A stretch of DNA of 64,000 bases. Source: a virus. Numbering within the stretch: position 1 is the stretch's first letter; the number at the start of each line of letters is the position of its first letter. The notes beneath the pieces were generated by a model, which saw only the letters and a list, made by a program, of their open reading frames with translations, was not told the DNA's origin and did no database searches. The translations under genes and the position numbers were made by a program. Location of the stretch: positions 3,711-67,710 of the IMG/VR virus record IMGVR_UViG_3300042863_000830. One strand, given 5' to 3'. Shown piece by piece: positions 29,674 to 39,737 of the stretch.

Positions 29674-30687
29674 ATGAAAACAGCTTGCGTATTAGGCGGT
29701 CATGGAATGATTGGGATGCAATTAGTAAAAAGATTAAAAAGCGAAGGTTATTGGGTAAGATCAGTAGATGTCAAACAGCCTGAATTTTCAAAGTCTGAAG
29801 CAGATGAAGCATTTATTTTAGATTTGCGTAATCCATCAAGTGTATCAAAGGCTTTATGGAACCCCCAACAAACAACATGGCATGATAACGTTAATGCATT
29901 TGATGAAGTGTATCAATTAGCTGCCGATATGGGGGGCGCTTTGTATGTATTTACAGGCGTTAATGATGCAGATATTATTTATGATTCAACAATGATTAAT
30001 TTAAATGTGGCAAAGGCTGCGTCAGAATGTGGAGTTAAGAAATTATTCTTTTCATCAAGTGCTTGTGCTTATAGCGAAAGACTACAAGAGTCATTAGATA
30101 GCGCATCATTAAAAGAAGATTCAGCTTGGGATGGCAAGCCAGATAGTGTGTACGGCATTGAGAAGCTACTATCAGAACAGATTTATGATTCTTTCAGAAG
30201 AAACAAAGGGTTAGATGTAAGAATTGGTCGTTTCCATAACATATTTTCTCCTGAATGTACTTACAAGGACGGCAGAGAAAAAGCTCCAGCAGCAGTGTGT
30301 AGAAAGGTAGCAGAAGCAACAGATGGTGGAGAAATTGAAATATTTGGTGATGGTTTACAACAGCGTAGTTTTTTATTTATTGACGAGTGTTTAGATGGTA
30401 TAAAAGCATTGATGCAATCGGATTATGTTTATCCTGTTAATATTGGCTCAGATGAAATGATATCAATTAATGACTTGGCTAAAATGGTTATTAAAATTTC
30501 AGGCAAAACTTTAACAATTAATAATGTTGAATCAAACGCATTAGGTGTTAGAGGTAGAAATTCAAACAATGAGTTGGTAGAAAAGGTAACAGGTTGGCGT
30601 CCAACAAAGCCACTTGAGGAAGGCATGGTTAAATTATATAATTGGATTGAATTAGAAGTTAATAAACATAAAAGCAAAAGTATATGA
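29674..30687 (+). CDS. GDP-mannose 3,5-epimerase-like NAD-dependent epimerase
   Basis: GGHGMIG, LAADMGG, SSACAY, YGIEK, GREKAPAAVCRK, GVRGRNS. Confidence 0.85.
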   Translation: MKTACVLGGHGMIGMQLVKRLKSEGYWVRSVDVKQPEFSKSEADEAFILDLRNPSSVSKALWNPQQTTWHDNVNAFDEVYQLAADMGGALYVFTGVNDADIIYDSTMINLNVAKAASECGVKKLFFSSSACAYSERLQESLDSASLKEDSAWDGKPDSVYGIEKLLSEQIYDSFRRNKGLDVRIGRFHNIFSPECTYKDGREKAPAAVCRKVAEATDGGEIEIFGDGLQQRSFLFIDECLDGIKALMQSDYVYPVNIGSDEMISINDLAKMVIKISGKTLTINNVESNALGVRGRNSNNELVEKVTGWRPTKPLEEGMVKLYNWIELEVNKHKSKSI

Positions 30688-31319
30688 TGATATCATTTGA
30701 TTACTTAGTCAGCAAGCATAAGTTAGATATAAAAGGCGTTCTTCACTTAGGCGCATCAACAGGGCAAGAAAGAAAAGAATACGATAATTATTGTAAGGGC
30801 GATGTTTTGTGGGTCGAAGCAATACCATCTGTTTATTTAGAATTAGTAAAAAACATAGAACCTTATGAAAAGCAAAGAGCTTTTAACGCTTGTCTAAGTA
30901 ATGTAGACAATGAAGAAGTGGTTTTTAATGTATCAAATAATGAAAGCCAGAGTTCATCAATGTTTGAGCTTGGTACTCATCTTTTAATCCATCCAGAAGT
31001 GCATTACATAGAACAGATAACAATGAAAACTAAGAGAGTTGATACTCTGTTTAAGGGTTATAGTTTTAAAAATATAAACTTTCTTAACGTAGATCTTCAA
31101 GGTGCAGAGCATTTGGCTATTGAAGGTATGGGTGATTTGATTAAAAATATAGATTACGCATTGCTAGAGGTTAATATGAAGGAAACTTATAAAGGATGTA
31201 TGCTTATTCCTGATTTAGATTATTTCATGATGCAGCGCGGATTTGAAAGAGTTGAAACAGGCGATTGGGTTGCCGAAACGTGGACTGATGCCCTTTATGT
31301 AAGAAAATTTAATATATGA
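30684..31319 (+). CDS. FkbM-family methyltransferase
   Basis: VLHLGASTGQE, QSSS, FLNVDLQGAE motifs. Confidence 0.85.
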   Translation: MMISFDYLVSKHKLDIKGVLHLGASTGQERKEYDNYCKGDVLWVEAIPSVYLELVKNIEPYEKQRAFNACLSNVDNEEVVFNVSNNESQSSSMFELGTHLLIHPEVHYIEQITMKTKRVDTLFKGYSFKNINFLNVDLQGAEHLAIEGMGDLIKNIDYALLEVNMKETYKGCMLIPDLDYFMMQRGFERVETGDWVAETWTDALYVRKFNI

Positions 31320-32137
31320 TAGACGTACCAAAGGAGTTTATGCCTACCATAAACACGGTTTATCCTTTTGAAAATTATACTATTTTTGAAGAATGGGTAT
31401 CTTCTAGGTTTATACCAGATTTTAATGGGAGGGCTTATTTAAGAATCCATTGGACATCATATCATGTAAATAACAATTATGGGAATGATCCGGTAGCTAG
31501 AAAAAGCCTGCAAGACTATGTAGATGCATTGCCTAGAAATCAACGATATTGGACAATTTGCCAATACGATGATGGGGTTTTGGTTGACTTTAAAGATTTA
31601 GATATATTGGTATTCAATATGAGTAAGAAAGAAGGGATAGAGATACCTTTGCTTTGTATGCCACATAGTTTTAAATGGAATGGTAAAAAAACAATTTTTG
31701 CTTCTTTTATTGGCACTAATACTCACCCAATAAGAAATTATGTATTTAATATTCAAAATTCAGATTATTACATATCCCAAGAGCAGCATGATGTAAATAA
31801 GTTTTGTGGTATTATTAGTCAATCTATATTCGGATTATGCCCTAGAGGGTATGGTTTAAACAGCTTTAGAATCGCCGAGTGCATCCAGTACGAAACTATA
31901 CCTGTGTATATTAGCGATGAGTTTATTAATTGCTTTGATGCCAATTTTGAAGATTATGGGGTAGTCATAAAAGCTGAAGATGCTCATAGGATAGTACCAA
32001 TTTTAAACAGTATCCCAAGTATAGACATAGTTGAAAAGCAACTAAAAATAAAAGAAATATACAATAAGTATTATACTTACCAAGGGGCTTTAAACAACAT
32101 AATACAGAATCTAAATGAAGATAGCGGTAATTCATAA
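31316..32137 (+). CDS. exostosin-like glycosyltransferase (GT47)
   Basis: SFIG, FGLCPRGYG..SFRIAE..IPVYISD. Confidence 0.8.
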   Translation: MIDVPKEFMPTINTVYPFENYTIFEEWVSSRFIPDFNGRAYLRIHWTSYHVNNNYGNDPVARKSLQDYVDALPRNQRYWTICQYDDGVLVDFKDLDILVFNMSKKEGIEIPLLCMPHSFKWNGKKTIFASFIGTNTHPIRNYVFNIQNSDYYISQEQHDVNKFCGIISQSIFGLCPRGYGLNSFRIAECIQYETIPVYISDEFINCFDANFEDYGVVIKAEDAHRIVPILNSIPSIDIVEKQLKIKEIYNKYYTYQGALNNIIQNLNEDSGNS

Positions 32138-32660
32138 TTTTGATGCTGGTGATCGATTTGACAGGTTAATGAATGAATTTAAAGAGCAGGGCATCAAAGA
32201 CTTTTCTTTTTTCCCTGCCGTATATGATTCTCATTCAGTTAAAAAAGCAATTAATTTAGCTCATAAACAATGCGTTCAGTATGCCAAAGACACAGGTTTG
32301 CCTGAAATATGCATAATGGAGGATGACGTTCATTTTACCAATCCGGATAGTTTTTCGTACTTTTTAAGAAATAAGCCATTAGATTTTGATATTTATTTGA
32401 GTGGCATATACATTGGGGAGATTCGTGAAGATCAAACAGTAGATAATTTTACTGGTTTTCATTGCTACATAGTCAACAGCAAGTTTTACGATACATACCT
32501 AAATACGCCTTTAGATGAGCATATAGACCGTGCGTTAGGGGGGTTAGGGAAGTATGTGGTTTCCGATCCTTTTATTGCTATTCAATACAACGGATTTTCA
32601 TATAACACAAAAATGGAAATGAATTATGATAGTTTATTGGAAGGCAGAAAATTATATTAA
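32115..32660 (+). CDS. glycosyltransferase family 25-like
   Basis: LAHK, IMEDD, DIYLSG, HCYIV, HID. Confidence 0.75.
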   Translation: MKIAVIHNFDAGDRFDRLMNEFKEQGIKDFSFFPAVYDSHSVKKAINLAHKQCVQYAKDTGLPEICIMEDDVHFTNPDSFSYFLRNKPLDFDIYLSGIYIGEIREDQTVDNFTGFHCYIVNSKFYDTYLNTPLDEHIDRALGGLGKYVVSDPFIAIQYNGFSYNTKMEMNYDSLLEGRKLY

Positions 32661-32736
32661 ATTAATTAATATAATTTAATTTGTTTTTTTTATTTACTTT
32701 TAATTAATTTTGGTTAATTAAATCTTCATTAGTATA

Positions 32737-35091
32737 ATGCAACAGGCCACCAACACATACCCTAACCAGCAGATAGATCCTAGAGAAAAAGGATACGATT
32801 GGATACTACAATACTGCAAAGCTGCTTGGGGTGATTCAAGAGGGTATGTTCCTAACAATATGTTAAATTTTGGTCAATCCAAAATGAACGAAATTAGAGA
32901 ATATGCATTAGGTAGACAAAGTACAACTAAATATAAAAAACTTTTAAACGTAGATGAGCAACAAGATAAAACTTGGTTGAACATTGATTGGACTCCGCCA
33001 TCTTTTTTAACAAAGTTTAGAGAGATAGCAATATCAAAATTAGTTCAAAGAAGATATGCGATAAATGCATTTGCAGTAGATCCAATTGCTAAAAGTGAAG
33101 AAGATAATTACTTTACCGAAATGAAGGTAAAGATTTTAATGAGAGAAGCGGCACAAAAGGCAGGTAATCAAGAATTACTTAACAGCCCAGTGTTAGCGCC
33201 TCAGCCGGGCGAAGCTCAAGACTTAGAGCAATTAAAGATGGAGGAGCAATTTGGATACAAGCACGTTATGTCTATGGAAGCAGAGATGGCAGCATCTTTA
33301 GCTATGTATCAAAATAAATTTGAAGAAAAAAGAAAACGCACAATAGAAAATCTTTTTGATTTTGGAATGGGCGGTTATACAGAATATATTGATGAAAATG
33401 GTCAAGTAAAATTAAGAGAGATTAACCCTGAAAACATGGTGTTATCTTATTGTGCTAAAAATGATTTTTCAGATTTAGTACATTGGGGCGAAGTTAGAGA
33501 AGTATATGTAGGAGATCTTGCGCCATGGTTTACAGTAGAGCAAATGAATCAAATCGTACAAAGCGTAGCAGGTCGTTTTGGTAATCCATCAAACTTTATG
33601 TATGGTACTGATTATTCTAAATATTGGAATAGATTCAAAGTACTTGTTTTAGATTTTGAATTTTTATCTTGGAACGATTATACATACAAAGAAGAAGTCG
33701 ACAATAGAGGTAATGTAAGATTTGGTAAGACAAAATACCAAGACGCAACTAAACTATCTGTAACCAAAGAAGGTGTTATTGATAAAATGGGGACTATACC
33801 TAACATGATAGATTTTAGCATGAAAGGTCAAGCAGAACCTATTTTTATGCCGGTTACTCGTAAGGTAGTTTATAAGTGCAAGTGGCTTATCCAAACAGAC
33901 TATATGTATGATTGGGGTATGTCAGAGAATCAAATTAGAAAACCATCATCTTGGTGGGATACTAAATTGAATATTCAGCTTTATTCTTGGAATTTTTATA
34001 AAATGCGTTTTGCTGGAATCACTGAAAGGCTAATCCCGCTTGAAGATAAAGCTAGCCTTACTTGGTTTAAATTACAAAATATGTCAAATAAGCTAATCCC
34101 TTATTTGATTAACATAGACTTAAATGCACTTGAAGGAGTTGACTTTGGTGGTGGTGGAGAAAAAATGAATCCTACAAAAGTTATGGATTTTATTTTCTCA
34201 AACTTTGTTGTGCCTTACAGATCAACAGACTTACTAAGTCAAAATCCTAATTATAAGCCTGTATCTATTGAAGCATCAGGTCAGTTAGCCGTGTTTGGTC
34301 AATTATATCAAGAGTTGCAAAACACTTTGGATATGATGCGCCAAGTATCTGGATTAAATGAATTAACAGACGGATCTACTCCAAATGCTAAAACATTAGT
34401 ACCAGTTGCAAATGCAGCAATGGAAAGTACAAATAATGCTTTGTATCTATTAAGTTTTGCAGATAAACAATTAATACAAGATTTAGCAGATGCCATTGTT
34501 AGCAAAGTTCAAATTGCAGTTAAATTAGGCAAGGTAGAAGGTTACGCTAGATCATTAGGTGAAGAAACTGTTAAATTTTTCCAAATTAATCCTGATATTT
34601 CAATTCATGAGTTCGGTATCTTTATTGAAGATGTGCCATCTGACTTTGAAAGACAACAGTTAATTCAAGAATTAAACATAAGAGATAGTCAAGGATTGAT
34701 AGAGCCAGAAGATAAGATTTTGGTAATGAGTACCAAAAATTTAAAAATGGCTTCTATGATTCTAGCTTATAGAATTAAAAAGCGCAGAGAGAAATTGCAA
34801 GAATTTGAATTACAAAAAATTCAGGAAGCATCTCAAGGTAATGCTATGGCAGTACAGGTTGCAGAGCAAGAGAAGCGTGTTACATTACAAACTCAATTAG
34901 AAGTCGATGTTGCCCGTATCAATGCTGAAAAGCAATGGGATTACATTATCCAAATGGGCAAGAAGGATAAAGATATTCAAGAAGCAGAAATTCAAAAAGA
35001 AGCAAAAGTTATTGCTCAAAGAATACAAGCAGATGCTAGAATAGTAGTAAGCGAAAAGAAACAATTACAAACACCAAAAACAGAAAAATAA
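32737..35091 (+). CDS. portal protein
   Basis: 784 aa; REYALGRQ...YKKLL, VSGLNELTDGSTP; between terminase and scaffold/capsid. Confidence 0.85.
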   Translation: MQQATNTYPNQQIDPREKGYDWILQYCKAAWGDSRGYVPNNMLNFGQSKMNEIREYALGRQSTTKYKKLLNVDEQQDKTWLNIDWTPPSFLTKFREIAISKLVQRRYAINAFAVDPIAKSEEDNYFTEMKVKILMREAAQKAGNQELLNSPVLAPQPGEAQDLEQLKMEEQFGYKHVMSMEAEMAASLAMYQNKFEEKRKRTIENLFDFGMGGYTEYIDENGQVKLREINPENMVLSYCAKNDFSDLVHWGEVREVYVGDLAPWFTVEQMNQIVQSVAGRFGNPSNFMYGTDYSKYWNRFKVLVLDFEFLSWNDYTYKEEVDNRGNVRFGKTKYQDATKLSVTKEGVIDKMGTIPNMIDFSMKGQAEPIFMPVTRKVVYKCKWLIQTDYMYDWGMSENQIRKPSSWWDTKLNIQLYSWNFYKMRFAGITERLIPLEDKASLTWFKLQNMSNKLIPYLINIDLNALEGVDFGGGGEKMNPTKVMDFIFSNFVVPYRSTDLLSQNPNYKPVSIEASGQLAVFGQLYQELQNTLDMMRQVSGLNELTDGSTPNAKTLVPVANAAMESTNNALYLLSFADKQLIQDLADAIVSKVQIAVKLGKVEGYARSLGEETVKFFQINPDISIHEFGIFIEDVPSDFERQQLIQELNIRDSQGLIEPEDKILVMSTKNLKMASMILAYRIKKRREKLQEFELQKIQEASQGNAMAVQVAEQEKRVTLQTQLEVDVARINAEKQWDYIIQMGKKDKDIQEAEIQKEAKVIAQRIQADARIVVSEKKQLQTPKTEK

Positions 35092-35092
35092 A

Positions 35093-35578
35093 ATGGTAAA
35101 GTCTTTATTGTCAGCAAACTTGAGAAAAGGTTTGCAAGAGGCACTTCAAATGGAATTATATCAATCTAACCTTTGGAAGCACTTAGCTAATCAATTACAA
35201 AGATTAGGTTACTTTGGTAGTCAGAAATATTTTTTAGATGAAAGTGCGGAAGAATTGACGCATTACCAAATTATCGTTGATTTTATGAATGATATGGGGG
35301 ATTGCGCTAGTTTGCCTGAAATTGAAGCAATGAAGGATAAAGTTGAATCAATTGGCGATGCATTAGAAATTGGGTACGAAACAGAGCTAGATGTATTAAA
35401 TATGTACAAAGAGCTACAAAAGAAAGCCCAAGAAGAAGATTGCGCAGTTGGCATTTTCTTACAACAATTCGTTACAATTCAAGTAAAAGCAGTCGGTCAT
35501 TACGGAGATTTGTTAGCTAAGTATAAAGTTGCTGAATACACTAAAGAGCTTTTAGAATTTGATCAACACATTAATTAA
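35093..35578 (+). CDS. ferritin-like protein
   Basis: ELYQS..., ESAEELTH, E..V and Q residues matching a ferritin four-helix bundle. Confidence 0.75.
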   Translation: MVKSLLSANLRKGLQEALQMELYQSNLWKHLANQLQRLGYFGSQKYFLDESAEELTHYQIIVDFMNDMGDCASLPEIEAMKDKVESIGDALEIGYETELDVLNMYKELQKKAQEEDCAVGIFLQQFVTIQVKAVGHYGDLLAKYKVAEYTKELLEFDQHIN

Positions 35579-35633
35579 TTAAATTTATTTTTTTAATTAA
35601 TTTTACATAATTTCGTAAACGAAAATCAACTAT

Positions 35634-36782
35634 ATGACAGAAGAACAAAACGGACAACAAGAGCAACAACAAGAACCAGCTAGACCAACCTATAAGGTTA
35701 GTTCTGGCATTCCAACACCGGAAGAATATGAAGCACAATCGTTTGCACCTGCACCCGTAGAGGCAGAGCCGGTTGAAGCGCAAGAACAAAGTAATGATCA
35801 AGTTCAAGGCGAGCCAGCCCCATTAGAAGAAAATCAAGCATCTTTTTCTATGCCATCATTTGATGGTGAAAGTAATGAAGGTGAAGAAGGCGAAGCCGCA
35901 GCAAACATTATAGATTGGAAAGAAGAATTAAAAAAGGCAAATCCAAAAGATATTCTAAAGGAATTGGGCTATGATGATTTTGTAGCTGAATTTGCTGAAT
36001 TTAGAAAGAATGGGGGAGATGCTTACAAATATTTAGAAGCAAAGGCATTTGATTGGGAAACGGTAAATCACCAAGATTTAGTTCTTGATGAATTAAAGTT
36101 ACAATACCCTCATTTAGCAGATGATAAGATTGAGAAATTATACCAAGCAAAGTATAAGTTATCAGAATATGCATCTGAAGAAGATAAGGAGGTTGGTTTA
36201 ATCCAATTAGAAGCTGATGCTGAATTAATAAGACAAAAAAGAATTGTAGAACAGAAGGCTTTTCAGATTCCAGACGTGGCTAGATCGCAAGAGGCGATTG
36301 ATACTCAGAACAGGATGGCAGAACAGCAAGAAATACAAGCTCAACAAGTCCAACAAGTTCAACAAGCACTTCAATTTTTCAAGGAACATGAAGCCACTAG
36401 AAACCTAATGGAAAGCAAGAGAGTTGCTATTGATTTAGGCGATAATGGTAAATTCAACTTCACTGTTGATAAGCCTGAAAATTTGATGGCAGTAGCTTTA
36501 GATTCAGAGAAATGGCAAAGGGCAATAGCTGTTAATCCGCAAGAGGCAGATCCAAGCAAATTGATTCCAGATGTCGCAAAATTGCAAAAAATTGCATTAG
36601 TAGCTTTGAATCCAAACTATGAAAAAGACTTGGTGAACTATGGCAAATCATTAGGATTGAAAACTATCGTAGAGGAAGGGCAAAATGCTCGCAGACCTGT
36701 CGGTAGCACACCTGCCCAACCTAATGAATCATTCGCCGAAGCTATTAAAAACAGGGCTAAGGTGGGTGTATTAGGCAGGTAA
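35634..36782 (+). CDS. capsid scaffolding protein
   Basis: acidic disordered N-terminus, coiled coil, immediately before the capsid gene. Confidence 0.65.
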   Translation: MTEEQNGQQEQQQEPARPTYKVSSGIPTPEEYEAQSFAPAPVEAEPVEAQEQSNDQVQGEPAPLEENQASFSMPSFDGESNEGEEGEAAANIIDWKEELKKANPKDILKELGYDDFVAEFAEFRKNGGDAYKYLEAKAFDWETVNHQDLVLDELKLQYPHLADDKIEKLYQAKYKLSEYASEEDKEVGLIQLEADAELIRQKRIVEQKAFQIPDVARSQEAIDTQNRMAEQQEIQAQQVQQVQQALQFFKEHEATRNLMESKRVAIDLGDNGKFNFTVDKPENLMAVALDSEKWQRAIAVNPQEADPSKLIPDVAKLQKIALVALNPNYEKDLVNYGKSLGLKTIVEEGQNARRPVGSTPAQPNESFAEAIKNRAKVGVLGR

Positions 36783-36813
36783 AAATATTTTACCACAATA
36801 AAAAAATAAAACA

Positions 36814-38166
36814 ATGGCAAGCATAGGTGCAATTAGTAAATCCTACGTCAGCTCTATTGATCCAGTATTAGATACAAGAGAGATCAATAAATTAGTGACT
36901 GACATTCAAAACGAAGATGCTCTTACAGACATCTTATGGTTAGGCGATAGAAAAAAACCAATCGCAACTGGTCAACCTTTGTACTACACTTTTGTAAACG
37001 AAAGTTTATTTAAGTTGTTAGATACAACTGGCGGTTCAGTAAACGGTTCTGGTACAACTTCATTAAACTTCACTTGTACAGCAGCGACTTCAGGTCAAGC
37101 TCGTAAAGATGATTTAGTGTTGGTTCCAACTGGTGCTATTTCTGCAATCGTAACTAACGTAGTAACAACTTCAGGCGTTGACACAGTTTATATTAAGACT
37201 GTATCTGGCGCTAACGCTACTTTAACTGCTGGCGACAAATTAAGTTTGTTCTCAGTAGCAGTAGGTGAGAACTCAGTTTCTCAAAGTAACTTACGTTTCG
37301 GTTTAACTAAGTATACTAACAAGTATCAAATCTTTAGAGAAATCTCTAAGATCACTGACGTTCAAAACGCAGCAACAATCGAAGTAGAATTTAACGGTCA
37401 AAACAAATTTATCGTTAAGGATCACTTAGAGAAAGCAATCCGTTTGAAAGGTCAAATCAACGCAGCATTTATTGCTGGTGATATGTCTGTTACAACATTC
37501 AGCGATACTAACCCTATCTTAACTGATGCTAACACAGAAGGTTCAAATGGTGGTGGACCGGTACAAACAACTCGTGGTTTGAACAAATACATTGAAATGT
37601 TTGGTTCTACATTAGTTAATGGTACTTTAGGTACAGTACAACAAACAAACATTGATAACGCTTTAGACGTGTTAATTGCTAACCGTTCTCCTAAAGATTA
37701 TTTAGTGTTTGGATCAAGTGCAGCTAAGCGTGCGCATGATACATATTGGAAGGCTTTAGGTTCTTCTGGTGTTCAATCAGTTCGTATCGTTGTAGACGGT
37801 AAAGAATTAGATTTGACAGTAGATAAAGTATCTTACGGCGGATTCCAATTGCATTACATGGCAATGCCAATCCAAGACCAACCAGTGTTGTTTAGCCAAA
37901 CAACTATCAACAAGTCTGTTTACTACATCCCGTACAACAACAGAGTAAAAGTTGAAGGTGGTGGGTTTGATTCTGCAATGAGAGTACGTTATGTACCAAC
38001 TCAAACTAAGTATGGTAATGACATGATCGGAGAAATCCATACAGGTGCATTATCTCCAGTTAACCCTAACGGAGATGCAATGAACTGGACATGTTCTTGG
38101 ACTACTGCGCAAGGCCTTGAGTGTTTGGGAGTACAGCATTTCCTTCGTCAACAAGTTTTGGCATAA
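36814..38166 (+). CDS. major capsid protein
   Basis: 450 aa; highly expressed-type codon bias (AAC, ATC, CGT); TRGL motif; strong terminator follows. Confidence 0.85.
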   Translation: MASIGAISKSYVSSIDPVLDTREINKLVTDIQNEDALTDILWLGDRKKPIATGQPLYYTFVNESLFKLLDTTGGSVNGSGTTSLNFTCTAATSGQARKDDLVLVPTGAISAIVTNVVTTSGVDTVYIKTVSGANATLTAGDKLSLFSVAVGENSVSQSNLRFGLTKYTNKYQIFREISKITDVQNAATIEVEFNGQNKFIVKDHLEKAIRLKGQINAAFIAGDMSVTTFSDTNPILTDANTEGSNGGGPVQTTRGLNKYIEMFGSTLVNGTLGTVQQTNIDNALDVLIANRSPKDYLVFGSSAAKRAHDTYWKALGSSGVQSVRIVVDGKELDLTVDKVSYGGFQLHYMAMPIQDQPVLFSQTTINKSVYYIPYNNRVKVEGGGFDSAMRVRYVPTQTKYGNDMIGEIHTGALSPVNPNGDAMNWTCSWTTAQGLECLGVQHFLRQQVLA

Positions 38167-38182
38167 AATTTGCAACAATTAT

Positions 38183-38212
38183 GAGAGGGTGGTTTCGGCC
38201 ACCCTTTCTTTT
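38183..38212 (+). terminator. intrinsic terminator after the capsid gene
   Basis: GAGAGGGTGG-tTTCGg-CCACCCTTTC followed by T-run. Confidence 0.85.
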
Positions 38213-38232
38213 CATAACTAAAACAACAAAAA

Positions 38233-39120
38233 ATGCAAACAGTCGGAAAATTTAACACAATTTCTGAAGATCTGATGAAATCAATCCCACAACTAGAGGT
38301 AGGTCAAGCGGTTACGTTTGAAATGCTTACAGGGGTTAAAAACAATGATCCAGATGAAAAAGAAAGACAAAGAAACCCAGTGCTTTATCCAAAAGCAAAC
38401 ATTCCTACAAGAGATAGAATCAAAGATCCATACTTAGCCAAGCAAGGCAAAGATGCGTGGGTAGAAATCGTGGTAGCGGATTATTGGGATAAGGAAAGAC
38501 CTATTGAAAGACTTTTTGTACCCGGATTAAGTGATGGAGTTACTAACTTCCAATTTGGAGGTAAATTCTCATTAGTCGGTGGTAATCAAAGAGATGAGGA
38601 GTTGTACGAGTACTTAATGATTACAAATTTCAATCAAGATTCAATCTTAGGCGAAGGTAGAGATACAAGCAAAATACCTTTATTTAAGTTGGTAAATACA
38701 AAGGCAGCAAGCCAAAAAACCTTGACAGGATTTGCTACATTGAAAGAAGCAGTAAGCATTATTTCTACATTGACAGCAGCAGAAGCAAGAAAAATTGGCG
38801 CAGCTCTAAACTGGAACGAATTTACTGATGATGATGCTATTTTGGCTGAAGCGGCAAACTTGGCAAGATCAAATCCAGAAGAATTTTTGAAGGTTTATAA
38901 AGATCCAAATTTAGAAACAAAGGCAGCCATTAGAAAGGCTTTAGATACTAATATTTTAAATTTTGACATGGCAACCGGTAAGGTAAACATAGGCAGTCAG
39001 GAGATTACAACTATTGCAAAACAAGACAGAGGTAATGTAACTGATGCTCTAACACAATTCATTTTGTCCGCTAAAAACGGAAAAGAAGTCTTGGAAAACA
39101 TCAAGAGTCAGTTAAAATAA
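38233..39120 (+). CDS. hypothetical, probably virion-associated protein
   Basis: 295-aa ORF directly after the capsid gene. Confidence 0.55.
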   Translation: MQTVGKFNTISEDLMKSIPQLEVGQAVTFEMLTGVKNNDPDEKERQRNPVLYPKANIPTRDRIKDPYLAKQGKDAWVEIVVADYWDKERPIERLFVPGLSDGVTNFQFGGKFSLVGGNQRDEELYEYLMITNFNQDSILGEGRDTSKIPLFKLVNTKAASQKTLTGFATLKEAVSIISTLTAAEARKIGAALNWNEFTDDDAILAEAANLARSNPEEFLKVYKDPNLETKAAIRKALDTNILNFDMATGKVNIGSQEITTIAKQDRGNVTDALTQFILSAKNGKEVLENIKSQLK

Positions 39121-39137
39121 TTTAATTTAATTTTTAG

Positions 39138-39174
39138 CAAAAAAGCTCCATTAAAAAAATAATGGGGCTTTTTG
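39138..39174 (+). terminator. intrinsic terminator
   Basis: AAAAAGCTCCATTA/TAATGGGGCTTTTT stem. Confidence 0.65.
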
Positions 39175-39218
39175 TATTTGTGTTATTATTTATTGGTATT
39201 TTTGATAAACGTTTTTTT

Positions 39219-39737
39219 ATGCCTTTAGTAGAAAATTTTACCGCCACACAATATGTAGCTACTCCAAATTTACTTGTATTGGATGATACAAGCACAGGAA
39301 GTGATGCAGGTATTACAGTAAGATATGTTTATTTGCAAAAAGCAGATGGATCATATTTAGTTGAAGAAGGAACAACAACTAATTATGAAATATGGACATT
39401 GGCTTCTGGTAATACAATTAGTTTAAATGTTTTAGATAAAGATTATGCATTAACAATTACGGTTGAGTGGAGAAGTAATAGCGCAGTATTATATAATAAA
39501 ACTGTGTCTTATTGTTTTTCAACTTATGCTAAAATATATAATGTAAAATTATCAAAAGCACAAGTATCAAGTCCAAGTTTGTTAGATAGAGATAATTGGT
39601 TAAGTACAAAATGTAATTTAAATACATACATTGATGCAGCCGATAACGCTGTCGCTTTAGGTGCAGGAATTACAATTGCGCAATTATCATTAAACAAAGC
39701 AAAATTTATTATTGATAATCCTAAATTAGTATTCTAG
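39219..39737 (+). CDS. putative structural protein
   Basis: start moved to ATG 39219 (MPLVENF) downstream of TATTTTTG 39197-39204; the 39162 start lies inside a terminator. Confidence 0.55.
   Translation: MPLVENFTATQYVATPNLLVLDDTSTGSDAGITVRYVYLQKADGSYLVEEGTTTNYEIWTLASGNTISLNVLDKDYALTITVEWRSNSAVLYNKTVSYCFSTYAKIYNVKLSKAQVSSPSLLDRDNWLSTKCNLNTYIDAADNAVALGAGITIAQLSLNKAKFIIDNPKLVF

Noticed and set aside
27015-32660. DNA hypermodification or host O-antigen conversion cluster
   Set aside because: No base-hydroxylating or hydroxymethylase gene, no phage polymerase and no membrane Gtr/Wzy components; disfavoured but not formally excluded
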